From UHGV virus genome UHGV-2035542: a stretch of DNA of 40,870 nt; one strand, 5' to 3'. This document shows positions 9,505 through 17,991 of this stretch, piece by piece. Position 1 is the stretch's first letter; every line of letters starts with the position of its first letter. The DNA comes from a virus. A model generated the notes under the pieces. It ran no database searches. It had not been told where the DNA came from and was given only the letters and a program-made list of their open reading frames with translations. A program made the translations under genes and the position numbers.

Positions 9505-10349
9505 GATGTTATCTCCAGTCTTATGGCATTTAGCCTATCGATTCGCTCCTCGCTATCCCACCACTTCAAAAAATACTCCTTATGCATTGGTGGCATCCAT
9601 GCTTCAGGCATAGAGTTAAGTATATCAGATATAGTCTCAACTCCAATTTTTTCAATTTTGTCAAGGACAGATAATGCGCACTTTCTCAGATCATCAGTGT
9701 CGCCAATGAATTGTTTAGCAATCGTCCAGTTTGTTGTTGTACTGGAGTCTGTTGGTAGTATATGAGGGGTATTTCGTGGCCAGCCTATAACAAAAGAGTT
9801 TAGACTAAAATCGAATGTTTTAACTATAACATTGCCTCGGGTGTTTTCCATGTATAAGTAGTTGTTGAGGTGTCTGTCAATGTTATATACAAACTGATCA
9901 AATGCATAAATTGCCCAGAGTTGCTTCTTTAAGGATTCAGAAGCATTTGAGAGCAAATTTATCCATTGAGGACTATTGAGACCAGATTTCCAGGCTGAAA
10001 ACTCTATGCGAGAGCCAAAAACATACTCCCCATTAGCAATACACTTGAGAATTTTGCACACAGGTGTAGCGATGCCGCATTTTTCAGCTAAATTTGTGCA
10101 AAACCATTCCGCTGCCGGTACTTGAGTTGGGTTTTGTACAGGAAAAGGTGGGGTGGAACGCATGCTTTTAACTGCATATTCCATTTCATCAGTGGCAATA
10201 GCGAAACCAGAAAGGTGTGCAGTGCCTAAGCTTGAAGGTGTATATTCATGAAATTCTAATTCAAACAAACTTCCTTGCTCTGGTTTCACTTCATCAGTGT
10301 TTGGCTCTTGTTCTTTCGTCATCAACTTTTTTCCCCAAATCGAAGACAT
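9501..10349 (-). CDS. protein-kinase-like fold protein (HipA/PI3-4-kinase-like catalytic signature), 282 aa
   Basis: AAGAGG RBS; YAVK (K61), catalytic-loop-like NIDRHLNN (D158-R159-H160...N163) and DFS (D180) about 20 residues downstream; 46 nt after the cI stop on the same strand. Confidence 0.65.
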   Translation of the reverse strand: MSSIWGKKLMTKEQEPNTDEVKPEQGSLFELEFHEYTPSSLGTAHLSGFAIATDEMEYAVKSMRSTPPFPVQNPTQVPAAEWFCTNLAEKCGIATPVCKILKCIANGEYVFGSRIEFSAWKSGLNSPQWINLLSNASESLKKQLWAIYAFDQFVYNIDRHLNNYLYMENTRGNVIVKTFDFSLNSFVIGWPRNTPHILPTDSSTTTNWTIAKQFIGDTDDLRKCALSVLDKIEKIGVETISDILNSMPEAWMPPMHKEYFLKWWDSEERIDRLNAIRLEITS

Positions 10350-10395
10350 GCGGACCTCTTAAATTTGAACAACATCATAATGATTAGCTAATCCG

Positions 10396-11124
10396 CTACC
10401 CATGCTTCCTATACGTCTGCGGCATGCTCCCAATAACCTTACCGAAGATGAACACCCGGTTCATCTCGTCTTTCTCGATCGGGTCCCACGGTGAGTAGCT
10501 CTTGTTATCAGAGATAACCAGCAGCTTATCCTTCATCATTTGCAGACGCTTTACATGGGCTGTGTCGTCGTACAGAAACGCATAGATACCATCACCGTCG
10601 AAAGATTTAACCGTGATATCAACGAACAGCAGATCACCTGGTTCGATCGTTCCTGACATGCTGTCACCACGCACGTTAATGATGCGGATATTTTCCGCCT
10701 TCCTGCCATCGAACATGTGACGAGCATCGTCAAACGAGTACTCAACCGAGCGTAGAACTTCTACAAACTCACGGTTGATTACACCCGGCCCGGCACTGAC
10801 TTCTATATCAAGAACGTCAATTTTGAAGTATTTGGAATGGCTGACAGCAGGCTTCCCTGATTGTTGACCGTCATTTCTCATCGGGCCTATGCCTGATGAG
10901 AGCCATTCTGTTCGAACACCCAATGCATTAGCTATTTCAACAATTTTTGTTGAGCCGCGCGCGTTGCCGCTTGTCAGTCTCCAGATTGTGGGTTGAGCTA
11001 CGCCAGACGCCTTTGCAAGAGCGCCTTGAGACATTCCAGATTGTTCCATCGCTAGGTTTAAGCGATCAGCAAGAGTTTCTTTTTTCATAAGTTTTAATTT
11101 ATACGCTTGCGTATTGATGGTCAA
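10396..11124 (-). CDS. cI: CI-like repressor (XRE-type HTH + S24 LexA-like peptidase domain); alternative start at 11088 (MKKETLADRL)
   Basis: HTH (MSQGALAKASGVAQPTIWRL) and S24 motifs (VRGDSMSGTIEPGDLL ... VKRL); divergent from cro. Confidence 0.85.
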   Translation of the reverse strand: MTINTQAYKLKLMKKETLADRLNLAMEQSGMSQGALAKASGVAQPTIWRLTSGNARGSTKIVEIANALGVRTEWLSSGIGPMRNDGQQSGKPAVSHSKYFKIDVLDIEVSAGPGVINREFVEVLRSVEYSFDDARHMFDGRKAENIRIINVRGDSMSGTIEPGDLLFVDITVKSFDGDGIYAFLYDDTAHVKRLQMMKDKLLVISDNKSYSPWDPIEKDEMNRVFIFGKVIGSMPQTYRKHG

Positions 11125-11192
11125 AACACGTTTTGCTATTGCTTGGGTTAATACGCATTGCTATTATTCATTCATTGCAATACCAATAGGAA
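11125..11192. promoter_or_regulatory. putative oR/pR-pRM region between cI and cro
   Basis: Repeated ATTGCTATT(G/A) motifs and inverted CCAATAGG; palindrome ATACGCTTGCGTAT at 11101..11114. Confidence 0.45.
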
Positions 11193-11198
11193 TTGATA

Positions 11199-11426
11199 AT
11201 GACAAATCAAACCATTCAACTCGCAATCAGTATTACAGGTAGTCAAAAACGACTGGCAGATCTATGCGGTGTAGCCCAACCCACAGTTTGGCGTTGGCTA
11301 CACGGTGGCGGAATTGATGCCCGCTATGTAATGAAAATTGTCTCAGCCACTGGTGGAAAGATTAAACCAGCAGATATTCGTCCCGACCTCGCACCATTGT
11401 TTAACGCGAGTAATTCTGCCGCCTAA
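11199..11426 (+). CDS. cro: Cro-like (YdaS-family) HTH regulator
   Basis: 75-aa HTH protein (LADLCGVAQPTVWRWL) divergent from cI; AGGA RBS. Confidence 0.7.
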   Translation: MTNQTIQLAISITGSQKRLADLCGVAQPTVWRWLHGGGIDARYVMKIVSATGGKIKPADIRPDLAPLFNASNSAA

Positions 11427-11450
11427 ACTGCGGCGTTAACTGATAAGGCA

Positions 11451-11996
11451 ATGACTATGCAACCACTTACATACCAACAGACTAGCGGATTTAGCCCGAC
11501 TGCGGTGATAAATCGTTCTCAAACAAAACAGGCGCCAGGCCACGAAAAAATCCGTGATGCCGTTCGCGCCTGGTCGGCTGCAGATAATCAGGATGTTGTT
11601 GCCGCACTCATTGTGAATGAGTATCGGGAGCAGGGCGGCGGCACCATCGATTTCCCTGATGATGTCAGTCGTGCACGCCAGAAGCTGTTCCGCTTCCTCG
11701 ATAACAAATTCGATTCTGAAAAATACCGAAATAACGTGCGTGAACTGACCCCGGCAATTCTGGCGGTACTACCGCTGGAATATCGCGGCCACCTGGTTGA
11801 GCAGGATAGCTACATGGCTCGGCTGGCTGAAATGGAAAAGGAACTCAGTGAGGCAAAACAGGCTGTCATTCTCAACGCACCACGCCACCAGAAACTGAAG
11901 GAGATGAGTGAAGGCATTGTGTCGATGTTTCGTGTGGACCCGGATCTGGCTGGTCCACTGATGGCGATGGTCACCACCATGCTGGGGGCAATATGA
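11451..11996 (+). CDS. YdaT-family protein (CII-like position)
   Basis: Motifs NEYREQGGG and LTPAILAVLP recalled from Rac-prophage YdaT; follows cro. Confidence 0.6.
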   Translation: MTMQPLTYQQTSGFSPTAVINRSQTKQAPGHEKIRDAVRAWSAADNQDVVAALIVNEYREQGGGTIDFPDDVSRARQKLFRFLDNKFDSEKYRNNVRELTPAILAVLPLEYRGHLVEQDSYMARLAEMEKELSEAKQAVILNAPRHQKLKEMSEGIVSMFRVDPDLAGPLMAMVTTMLGAI

Positions 11997-12082
11997 CAGG
12001 TTCGGAAATGGCGAAAGCCGGTCTGCGCGAACAGAACCGACTTTCAGGTGCAAATCGTAACACACTCATTGCGGGAGGAATT

Positions 12083-13012
12083 ATGGCAAACACTGCTGAG
12101 ATATTCAATTTTCCAGTGCCGGATGCGGCACAAAAGGAGCCGCGCGTGGCAGATCTCGATGATGGTTATACGCGCATTGCAAATGAGTTGCTGGAAGCTG
12201 TGATGCTGGCCGGATTAACACAGCACCAGCTTCTGGTCTTCCTGGCTGTCATGCGCAAAACATATGGCTTTAATAAAAAACTGGATTGGGTGAGCAACGA
12301 GCAACTTTCCGAGTTGACCGGGATATTGCCGCACAAGTGTTCTGCTGCAAAAAGTGTTCTGGTAAAGCGTGGGATTTTTATTCAGAGCGGGCGGAATATC
12401 GGCATTAATAATGTGGTCAGTGAATGGTCAACATTACCCGAATCAGGTAAGAAAAATAAAGTTTACCTGAAAGAGGTAAATTTACCTGAATCAGGTAAGA
12501 AAAGTTTACCCAAATCAGGTAAAGGCACTTACCCGAATCAGGTAAACACAAAAGACAAACTAACAAAAGACAATATAAAACCTTTTTCGTCCGAGAATTC
12601 TGGCGAATCCTCTGACCAGCCAGAAAACGACTTTCCTGTGGAGAAACGGGATGCTGCAATTCAGAGCGGCAGCAAGTGGGGGACAGCAGAAGACCTGACC
12701 GCCGCAGAGTGGATGTTTGACATGGTGAAGACCATCGCGCCCTCAGCCAGAAAACCGAATTTTGCAGGGTGGGCTAACGATATCCGCCTGATGCGTGAAC
12801 GTGACGGACGTAACCACCGCGACATGTGCGTGCTGTTCCGCTGGGCATGCCAGGACAACTTCTGGTCAGGTAACGTGCTGAGTCCGGCCAAACTCCGCGA
12901 CAAGTGGACCCAACTCGAAATCAACCGTAACAAGCAACAGGCTGGCGTGACAGCCGGAAAATCAAAACTCGACCTGACAAACACTGACTGGATTTACGGG
13001 GTGGATTTATGA
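12083..13012 (+). CDS. O: replication initiator O (lambda-type), ATG at 12083 with GGGAGG RBS
   Basis: ADLDDGYTRIANELLEAV...LAVMRKTYGFNKK and KSGKKSLP...NQVNTKD match lambda O; contains the ori iterons. Confidence 0.85.
   Translation: MANTAEIFNFPVPDAAQKEPRVADLDDGYTRIANELLEAVMLAGLTQHQLLVFLAVMRKTYGFNKKLDWVSNEQLSELTGILPHKCSAAKSVLVKRGIFIQSGRNIGINNVVSEWSTLPESGKKNKVYLKEVNLPESGKKSLPKSGKGTYPNQVNTKDKLTKDNIKPFSSENSGESSDQPENDFPVEKRDAAIQSGSKWGTAEDLTAAEWMFDMVKTIAPSARKPNFAGWANDIRLMRERDGRNHRDMCVLFRWACQDNFWSGNVLSPAKLRDKWTQLEINRNKQQAGVTAGKSKLDLTNTDWIYGVDL
12434..12545. repeat. origin of replication iterons (four good copies plus one degenerate of TTACCYGAATCAGGTAA), followed by an AT-rich stretch
   Basis: Direct repeats at 12434, 12463 (degenerate), 12482, 12506 and 12529 inside O; AT-rich 12546..12590. 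Confidence 0.75.
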
Positions 13013-13710
13013 AAAACATCGCCGCACAGATGGTTAACTTTGACCGTGAGCAGATGCGCCGGATCGCCAACAACATGCCGGAACAGTACGACGAAAAGCC
13101 GCAGGTACAGCAGGTAGCGCAGATCATCAACGGTGTGTTCAGCCAGTTACTGGCAACTTTCCCGGCGAGCCTGGCTAACCGTGACCAGAATGAACTGAAC
13201 GAAATCCGCCGCCAGTGGGTTCTGGCTTTCCGGGAAAACGGGATCACCACAATGGAACAGGTTAACGCAGGAATGCGCGTAGCCCGTCGGCAGAATCGAC
13301 CATTCCTGCCATCACCCGGGCAGTTTGTCGCCTGGTGCCGGGAAGAAGCATCCGTTAACGCCGGGCTGCCAAACGCCAGCGAGCTGGTTGATATGGTTTA
13401 CGAGTATTGCCGGAAGCGTGGCCTTTATCCGGATGCAGAGTCTTATCCATGGAAATCAAACGCGCATTACTGGTTGGTTACCAACCTGTATCAGAACATG
13501 CGGGCCAATGCGCTGACTGATGCGGAATTACGGCGCAAGGCTGCCGATGAACTGACTTGTATGACCGCGCGAATTAATCGTGGTGAGGCGATACCTGAAC
13601 CAGTAAAACAACTTCCTGTCATGGGCGGTAGACCACTTAACCGGGCTCAGGCTCTGGCGAAGATCGCAGAAATCAAAGCTAAGTTCGGACTGAAAGGAGC
13701 CAGTGTATGA
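13009..13710 (+). CDS. P: replication protein P (lambda-type helicase loader), 233 aa
   Basis: MKNIAAQMVNFDREQMRRIANNMPEQYDEKPQVQQVAQIINGVF... matches lambda P from memory. Confidence 0.95.
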   Translation: MKNIAAQMVNFDREQMRRIANNMPEQYDEKPQVQQVAQIINGVFSQLLATFPASLANRDQNELNEIRRQWVLAFRENGITTMEQVNAGMRVARRQNRPFLPSPGQFVAWCREEASVNAGLPNASELVDMVYEYCRKRGLYPDAESYPWKSNAHYWLVTNLYQNMRANALTDAELRRKAADELTCMTARINRGEAIPEPVKQLPVMGGRPLNRAQALAKIAEIKAKFGLKGASV

Positions 13711-14000
13711 CAGGCAAAGAGGCAATTCTTCACTACCTGAAAACGCACCGGACTTTCTGCGCGCCGGATGTAGCTGCGGCAACAGGCGTGACTGTAACCA
13801 GCATCAATCAGGCAGCAGCCAAAATGGCACGGGCAGGAATCCTGGTCGTTGATCGCAAGGTCTGGCGAACGGTGTATTACCGGTTCGCTACCAGGGAGGA
13901 GCGGGAAGGAAAGGTGAGCACGAACCTGATTTTCAAGGAGTGTCGCCAGAGTGCCGTGATGAAACGGGTATTGATGTTTTGGGGGAGGGTAGGGGTATAA
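13707..14000 (+). CDS. ren: Ren-like protein
   Basis: MTGKEAILHYLKTHRTFCAPDVAAATGVTVTSINQAAAKMARAG... matches lambda Ren from memory. Confidence 0.85.
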   Translation: MTGKEAILHYLKTHRTFCAPDVAAATGVTVTSINQAAAKMARAGILVVDRKVWRTVYYRFATREEREGKVSTNLIFKECRQSAVMKRVLMFWGRVGV

Positions 14001-14288
14001 GCGAAACGTTATGAGTGTGTGGGTATTCGTGCCATTGCGATGTGGTAGAGAGTGCTGAGGGCGTCATGGTTGTGTTGCGAAAACTACGTTGCACTTGAGC
14101 AGGATCTTGCAGAATTTGAGCGCGAGTTCCGTGTTGCTGATGCGACTATACCCTCGATGTAGAGGAACTTAATTAGCTGATTGTAATTCAATATGCCTAC
14201 TAAGACCGGTTGGGTATGAACTAGTAAAGGCTGCAAAATCCTATAGAGTGTTAACGCAACCAAAAACGTTAAGCACGGAGAAAAAAAT

Positions 14289-15041
14289 ATGGATCCTAAA
14301 TTACTGTATGCCACGTTTAAACGAAATGACGCACCAGCTTGGCGCTGCCCGAACTGTATGAATGAAACACTGGAGATTGTCGCTGATAGTTTTGTAGAAA
14401 CTGATTCAAGCGCAACAACTCAGTTTAGAGATGAAGTATGGTTTGATGAGGAAATGTCGGGAGGAGTATTCAGTTGCGTGCTGCGCTGTACCCGCCAAGC
14501 CTGCCAGGAGAAGGTTGCTTTGTCTGGGCAGGTTGTTGCTGTAGAATGCTTCAATGACGAAATGACGGAGCGTTGGTATGTTTCTGGTTTCCGTCCTAAG
14601 TATTTCTATCCACCACTTCCTCTATTCCTGTTTCCTGAAAAGTGCCCTGAAGATATAGCTGATCTCTTGGCGGAAGTATCAGCTCTGATCCCCTCGCACC
14701 CAGCTTCAGCGGTGAACACCATGAGAACCATACTGGAGATGATGCTTGATAGTCTTGATGTACCAAGAGAGAAAACAGTTAAAGGCAAGATAATACGTCT
14801 TTCTACGCATGAAAGAATCACAAATTATTCAGATAAACTGGGACCAAATAAAGATGCATTCATGGCGTTAAAGTGGTTGGGGAATCACGGCAGTCATGGA
14901 GGGATTAAAGTCACAAGGTCCTCTATTAATGATGCCTGCATTCTCATTGGTCATTTGATTGACTTCTTATTCTTAGAAAGCCCGGATGTAACTATTCATA
15001 TTGAACGGATAAACAACGTGTATGCACCCAAAAAGGAGTAA
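14289..15041 (+). CDS. zinc-ribbon protein with a HEPN/DUF4145-like C-terminal region (degenerate motif)
   Basis: CPNC...CVLRC cysteine pairs; C-terminal KWLGNHGSHGG (N199-x3-H203-G) then a hydrophobic helix; GGAG RBS; AT-rich with its own upstream intergenic region. Confidence 0.55.
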   Translation: MDPKLLYATFKRNDAPAWRCPNCMNETLEIVADSFVETDSSATTQFRDEVWFDEEMSGGVFSCVLRCTRQACQEKVALSGQVVAVECFNDEMTERWYVSGFRPKYFYPPLPLFLFPEKCPEDIADLLAEVSALIPSHPASAVNTMRTILEMMLDSLDVPREKTVKGKIIRLSTHERITNYSDKLGPNKDAFMALKWLGNHGSHGGIKVTRSSINDACILIGHLIDFLFLESPDVTIHIERINNVYAPKKE

Positions 15042-15297
15042 AACGTAACGCCATGTCGAAGCGGAATATTGCCGCTAAAACACAAGAAGAGCGCGAGAAG
15101 GTTAACGTTGACCTTGCTGTCTCCTGAGTTACCTACAAAGAGCACCTTAATATACCGGTTATTGCCGAAGCGGTGATGCGTGAGCAGCCTGAGCATTTGC
15201 GGGACTATTTTTTGGAGCGGCCACGACATTACCGCGAGCAGAGCATCGCGCTGCCCAAGGCATCCGCTCCTCGACATCTTAAGCAGGAAGGTGAAAA

Positions 15298-15780
15298 ATG
15301 ATAAGTGCAGAAGGACTGCAGCGGTTACTTAATTTATCGGAGCCTCCATCTGATGAACTGATTGATGTTTATCTTCAATTCTGCATGATTTTTCCTAGGG
15401 TCGAGCAAAGTTTTTTTGGTGGCTTTGCTAAGGGGGAAGACAGTTTAAATTATGCGCGAACGTTACTTGACGCCGGGATAAAGGTGCCCAACGAACTTTT
15501 TCACGATTTTAAGCAGAGATACATTTTGAATGGGGATGCGCAGGAAAGACTTGACGCCCTCTGTGTCGGTCGAGAGAGAGATAGGCGGGGAATAGTTAAT
15601 GGACTTCAAAATGACGCAGCAACAGATCTAAACACCATGTCTACAGTATTAAAGATAGTTATAAGGATAAGAAATAACCTTTTCCACGGAAATAAAGACG
15701 CTTATCTTTTTGTTGATTCTCAAGAGCAAGCGCAACTATTGAGGTGGTGCGTGAGATTTCTCCAAGGATTATTAAATTAA
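15298..15780 (+). CDS. HEPN-like protein (R-x4-H motif)
   Basis: C-terminal RIRNNLFHG (R125...H130, codons 15670..15687) followed by a terminal helix; AGGAAGG RBS. Confidence 0.55.
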   Translation: MISAEGLQRLLNLSEPPSDELIDVYLQFCMIFPRVEQSFFGGFAKGEDSLNYARTLLDAGIKVPNELFHDFKQRYILNGDAQERLDALCVGRERDRRGIVNGLQNDAATDLNTMSTVLKIVIRIRNNLFHGNKDAYLFVDSQEQAQLLRWCVRFLQGLLN

Positions 15781-15969
15781 TCTACCTTTGATTTTCCATA
15801 ATCAACCAGCAATAATAATGTCACCGGAGCCTGAACAACATCGGTGACTTCTGCGCTAAACGGGGACGTTTATGCGCACATACAATCCAAACTCTCTTCT
15901 CCCTTCACAGATGCAGAGATGCACCTGCGATTTTTTGCATCCAGCGTTTGACCTCTGCGGAGGTGAAGC

Positions 15970-16425
15970 GTGAACCTCCCACAAGACGGCATCAAATTGC
16001 ATCGTGGTAACTTCACCGCTATCGGCCAGCAGATCCAGCCTTATCTGGAGGAAGGCAAATGCTTTCGCATGGTGCTTAAACCGTGGCGTGAGAAACGCAG
16101 TCTTTCCCAGAATGCACTCAGCCACATGTGGTACAGCGAAATCAGTGAATACCTCATCAGCAGGGGTAAAACGTTCGCCACTCCAGCTTGGGTAAAAGAT
16201 GCTCTCAAACACACATATCTCGGTTATGAAACCAAAGACCTGGTTGATGTCGTAACCGGTGAGATCACCACTATCCAGTCGTTACGCCATACCTCCGATC
16301 TTGATACCGGAGAGATGTATATCTTCCTGTGTAAGGTTGAAGCCTGGGCGGTGAATATTGGCTGCCACCTGACTATTCCGCAGAGCTGCGAGTTCCAGCT
16401 GCTCCGCGACAAGCAGGAGGCGTAA
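15970..16425 (+). CDS. ninB: NinB-family recombination protein (GTG start)
   Basis: [12 protein letters not shown] motif like lambda NinB; GGAGG RBS 8 nt before GTG. Confidence 0.75.
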   Translation: MNLPQDGIKLHRGNFTAIGQQIQPYLEEGKCFRMVLKPWREKRSLSQNALSHMWYSEISEYLISRGKTFATPAWVKDALKHTYLGYETKDLVDVVTGEITTIQSLRHTSDLDTGEMYIFLCKVEAWAVNIGCHLTIPQSCEFQLLRDKQEA

Positions 16426-16595
16426 TGGCTACACCGCTTATTCGTGTCATGAACGGACACATCTACAGAGTATCAAATCGTCGTAAGCGTAAGCCTGAGC
16501 TGAAGCCATCCGAAATACCAACACTGCTCGGATATACCGCTAGCCTGGTTGATAAAAAATGGTTGCGACTGGCAGCAAGGAGGAATCATGGCTGA
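16425..16595 (+). CDS. ninE: NinE-like small protein (56 aa, not in the ORF track)
   Basis: TAATG overlap with ninB; translation [56 protein letters not shown]. Confidence 0.65.
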   Translation: MATPLIRVMNGHIYRVSNRRKRKPELKPSEIPTLLGYTASLVDKKWLRLAARRNHG

Positions 16596-16878
16596 TTTGA
16601 GAAAAGCAGCGCGTGGTCGGGAATGCCAGGTAAGAATCCCAGGCGTATGTAATGGCAACCCTGAAACGTCTGTACTGGCACATATCCGGCTGACTGGATT
16701 GTGCGGCACCGGTACGAAACCGCCAGACCTGATTGCCACCATTGCATGTTCTGCCTGCCACGACGAAATCGACCGCCGCACGCATTTTGTTGACGCTGGA
16801 TATGCAAAAGAATGCGCGCTGGAAGGTATGGCGAGAACGCAGGTTATCTGGCTGAAAGAGGGGGTAATTAAGGCGTGA
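16588..16878 (+). CDS. DUF1364 (YbcO-like) zinc-binding nin-region protein
   Basis: [35 protein letters not shown]...CSACHDEID; family assignment from memory. Confidence 0.7.
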   Translation: MADLRKAARGRECQVRIPGVCNGNPETSVLAHIRLTGLCGTGTKPPDLIATIACSACHDEIDRRTHFVDAGYAKECALEGMARTQVIWLKEGVIKA

Positions 16879-17237
16879 ATACTTACCACATCACACTACC
16901 CTGGCCGCCGAGCAATAACCGCTACTACCGCCATAATCGAGGGCGCACGCACATCAGCGCAGAAGGGCAGGCATACCGCGATAACGTCGCCCGAATCATT
17001 AAAGGCTCAATGCTGGATATCGGTCTGGCTATGCCTGTGAAAATCCGCATTGAGTGCCACATGCCGGATCGCCGTCGCCGTGACCTGGATAATCTGCAAA
17101 AGGCCGCTTTTGACGCACTCACCAAAGCGGGTTTCTGGCTGGATGATGCTCAGGTCGTTGATTACCGCGTTGTGAAGATGCCCGTTACCAAAGGTGGAAA
17201 GCTGGAGCTGACCATCACTGAACTGGGAGATGAATGA
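16875..17237 (+). CDS. rusA: RusA Holliday-junction resolvase
   Basis: [26 protein letters not shown]...[25 protein letters not shown] matches RusA from memory. Confidence 0.9.
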   Translation: MNTYHITLPWPPSNNRYYRHNRGRTHISAEGQAYRDNVARIIKGSMLDIGLAMPVKIRIECHMPDRRRRDLDNLQKAAFDALTKAGFWLDDAQVVDYRVVKMPVTKGGKLELTITELGDE

Positions 17238-17374
17238 TGTTTGAGTCTTATATGGCAGAACGTCTTCGCCACCGCTGGATGCGCCTGCGCTTATATCGTT
17301 TCCCCGGTTCTGTTTTGACCGATTACCGAATACTGAAGAATTACGCCAAAACACTGACAGGAGCAGGAGTATGA
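17234..17374 (+). CDS. ylcG: YlcG-like small protein (46 aa, not in the ORF track)
   Basis: ATGA overlap with the rusA stop; translation [46 protein letters not shown]. Confidence 0.55.
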   Translation: MMFESYMAERLRHRWMRLRLYRFPGSVLTDYRILKNYAKTLTGAGV

Positions 17375-17459
17375 AGTCAGAGATAACAATCAACTAATAC
17401 TGTTTTGTTGATTTTTGCTTGTAATTGGCGTTCTGGTCTGAGTTTTGTGGAGTAAGTTG

Positions 17460-17837
17460 ATGCGTGATATTCAGATGGTTCTTGAGCGTTGGGGAGCGTG
17501 GGCGGCTAATAATCATGAAGATGTGACCTGGTCGTCCATTGCCGCCGGTTTTAAGGGATTAATTCCTTCAAAAGTAAAATCTCGCCCACAATGTTGTGAC
17601 GATGACGCGATGATCATTTGCGGGTGCATGGCCCGTCTGAAAAAGAACAACAGCGATTTGCATGATTTATTGGTGGACTATTATGTCGGCGGCATGACTT
17701 TTATGGCGCTTGCACGTAAGCATGGGCGATCTGATTGTTGGGTTGGCAGGATGCTCCAGAAAGCTGAGGGCGTAGTGGAGGGTATGCTGATGGTGTTGGA
17801 TCTCCGATTGGAGATGGATGCTGATTGTTCGAAATAA
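17460..17837 (+). CDS. Q: late-gene antiterminator Q (phage-21/DLP12 type)
   Basis: Position after the nin genes and before a promoter-plus-terminator unit; GGAG RBS; Cys-rich zinc-binding-like segment ([14 protein letters not shown]). Confidence 0.75.
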   Translation: MRDIQMVLERWGAWAANNHEDVTWSSIAAGFKGLIPSKVKSRPQCCDDDAMIICGCMARLKKNNSDLHDLLVDYYVGGMTFMALARKHGRSDCWVGRMLQKAEGVVEGMLMVLDLRLEMDADCSK

Positions 17838-17849
17838 TTAAAGGAAAAG

Positions 17850-17878
17850 TTGCTGTCTGATTGTCATTAGTCTAACAT
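17850..17878 (+). promoter_or_regulatory. candidate late promoter pR' (TTGCTG-N17-TAACAT)
   Basis: Sigma70-like hexamers with 17-bp spacing immediately downstream of Q. Confidence 0.3.
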
Positions 17879-17937
17879 TTTAAATGTTGGAATCGCAACG
17901 TAGTTATTATCATATAACAGCTTGTTTCCTGATTTAG

Positions 17938-17963
17938 CCAGCCTCTCCAAAGGCTGGTTTTTT
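17938..17963 (+). terminator. intrinsic terminator, tR' equivalent
   Basis: CCAGCC-TCTCCAAA-GGCTGG hairpin followed by TTTTTT, about 100 nt after Q. Confidence 0.55.
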
Positions 17964-17991
17964 CTAATAAGTATTATTTCGAGTAGGGATT

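Noticed and set aside
11199-11996. YdaS/YdaT pair as a toxin-antitoxin module
   Set aside because: Their position (divergent from the repressor, immediately upstream of O and P) fits Cro-like and CII-like regulators rather than a TA pair.
12434-12545. Short direct-repeat array that superficially resembles a CRISPR array
   Set aside because: Repeats are about 17 bp with spacers of only 7 to 12 bp, lie inside the O coding sequence, are followed by an AT-rich region, and no cas genes are present; this is the lambda-type replication origin.
14084-14314. 76-aa minus-strand ORF between ren and the zinc-ribbon gene
   Set aside because: Lies in the likely promoter/RBS region of the plus-strand gene and overlaps its start; no coding features.
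15042-15297. Short ORFs (24 and 41 codons) between the two HEPN-like genes as independent genes
   Set aside because: Too short and without family signal to call as features; the 41-codon ORF is noted only because its stop overlaps the next start.
15856-16889. Several minus-strand ORFs antisense to ninB, ninE and the DUF1364 gene
   Set aside because: The plus-strand genes have recognisable family matches and coupled start/stop overlaps; the antisense frames are likely spurious.
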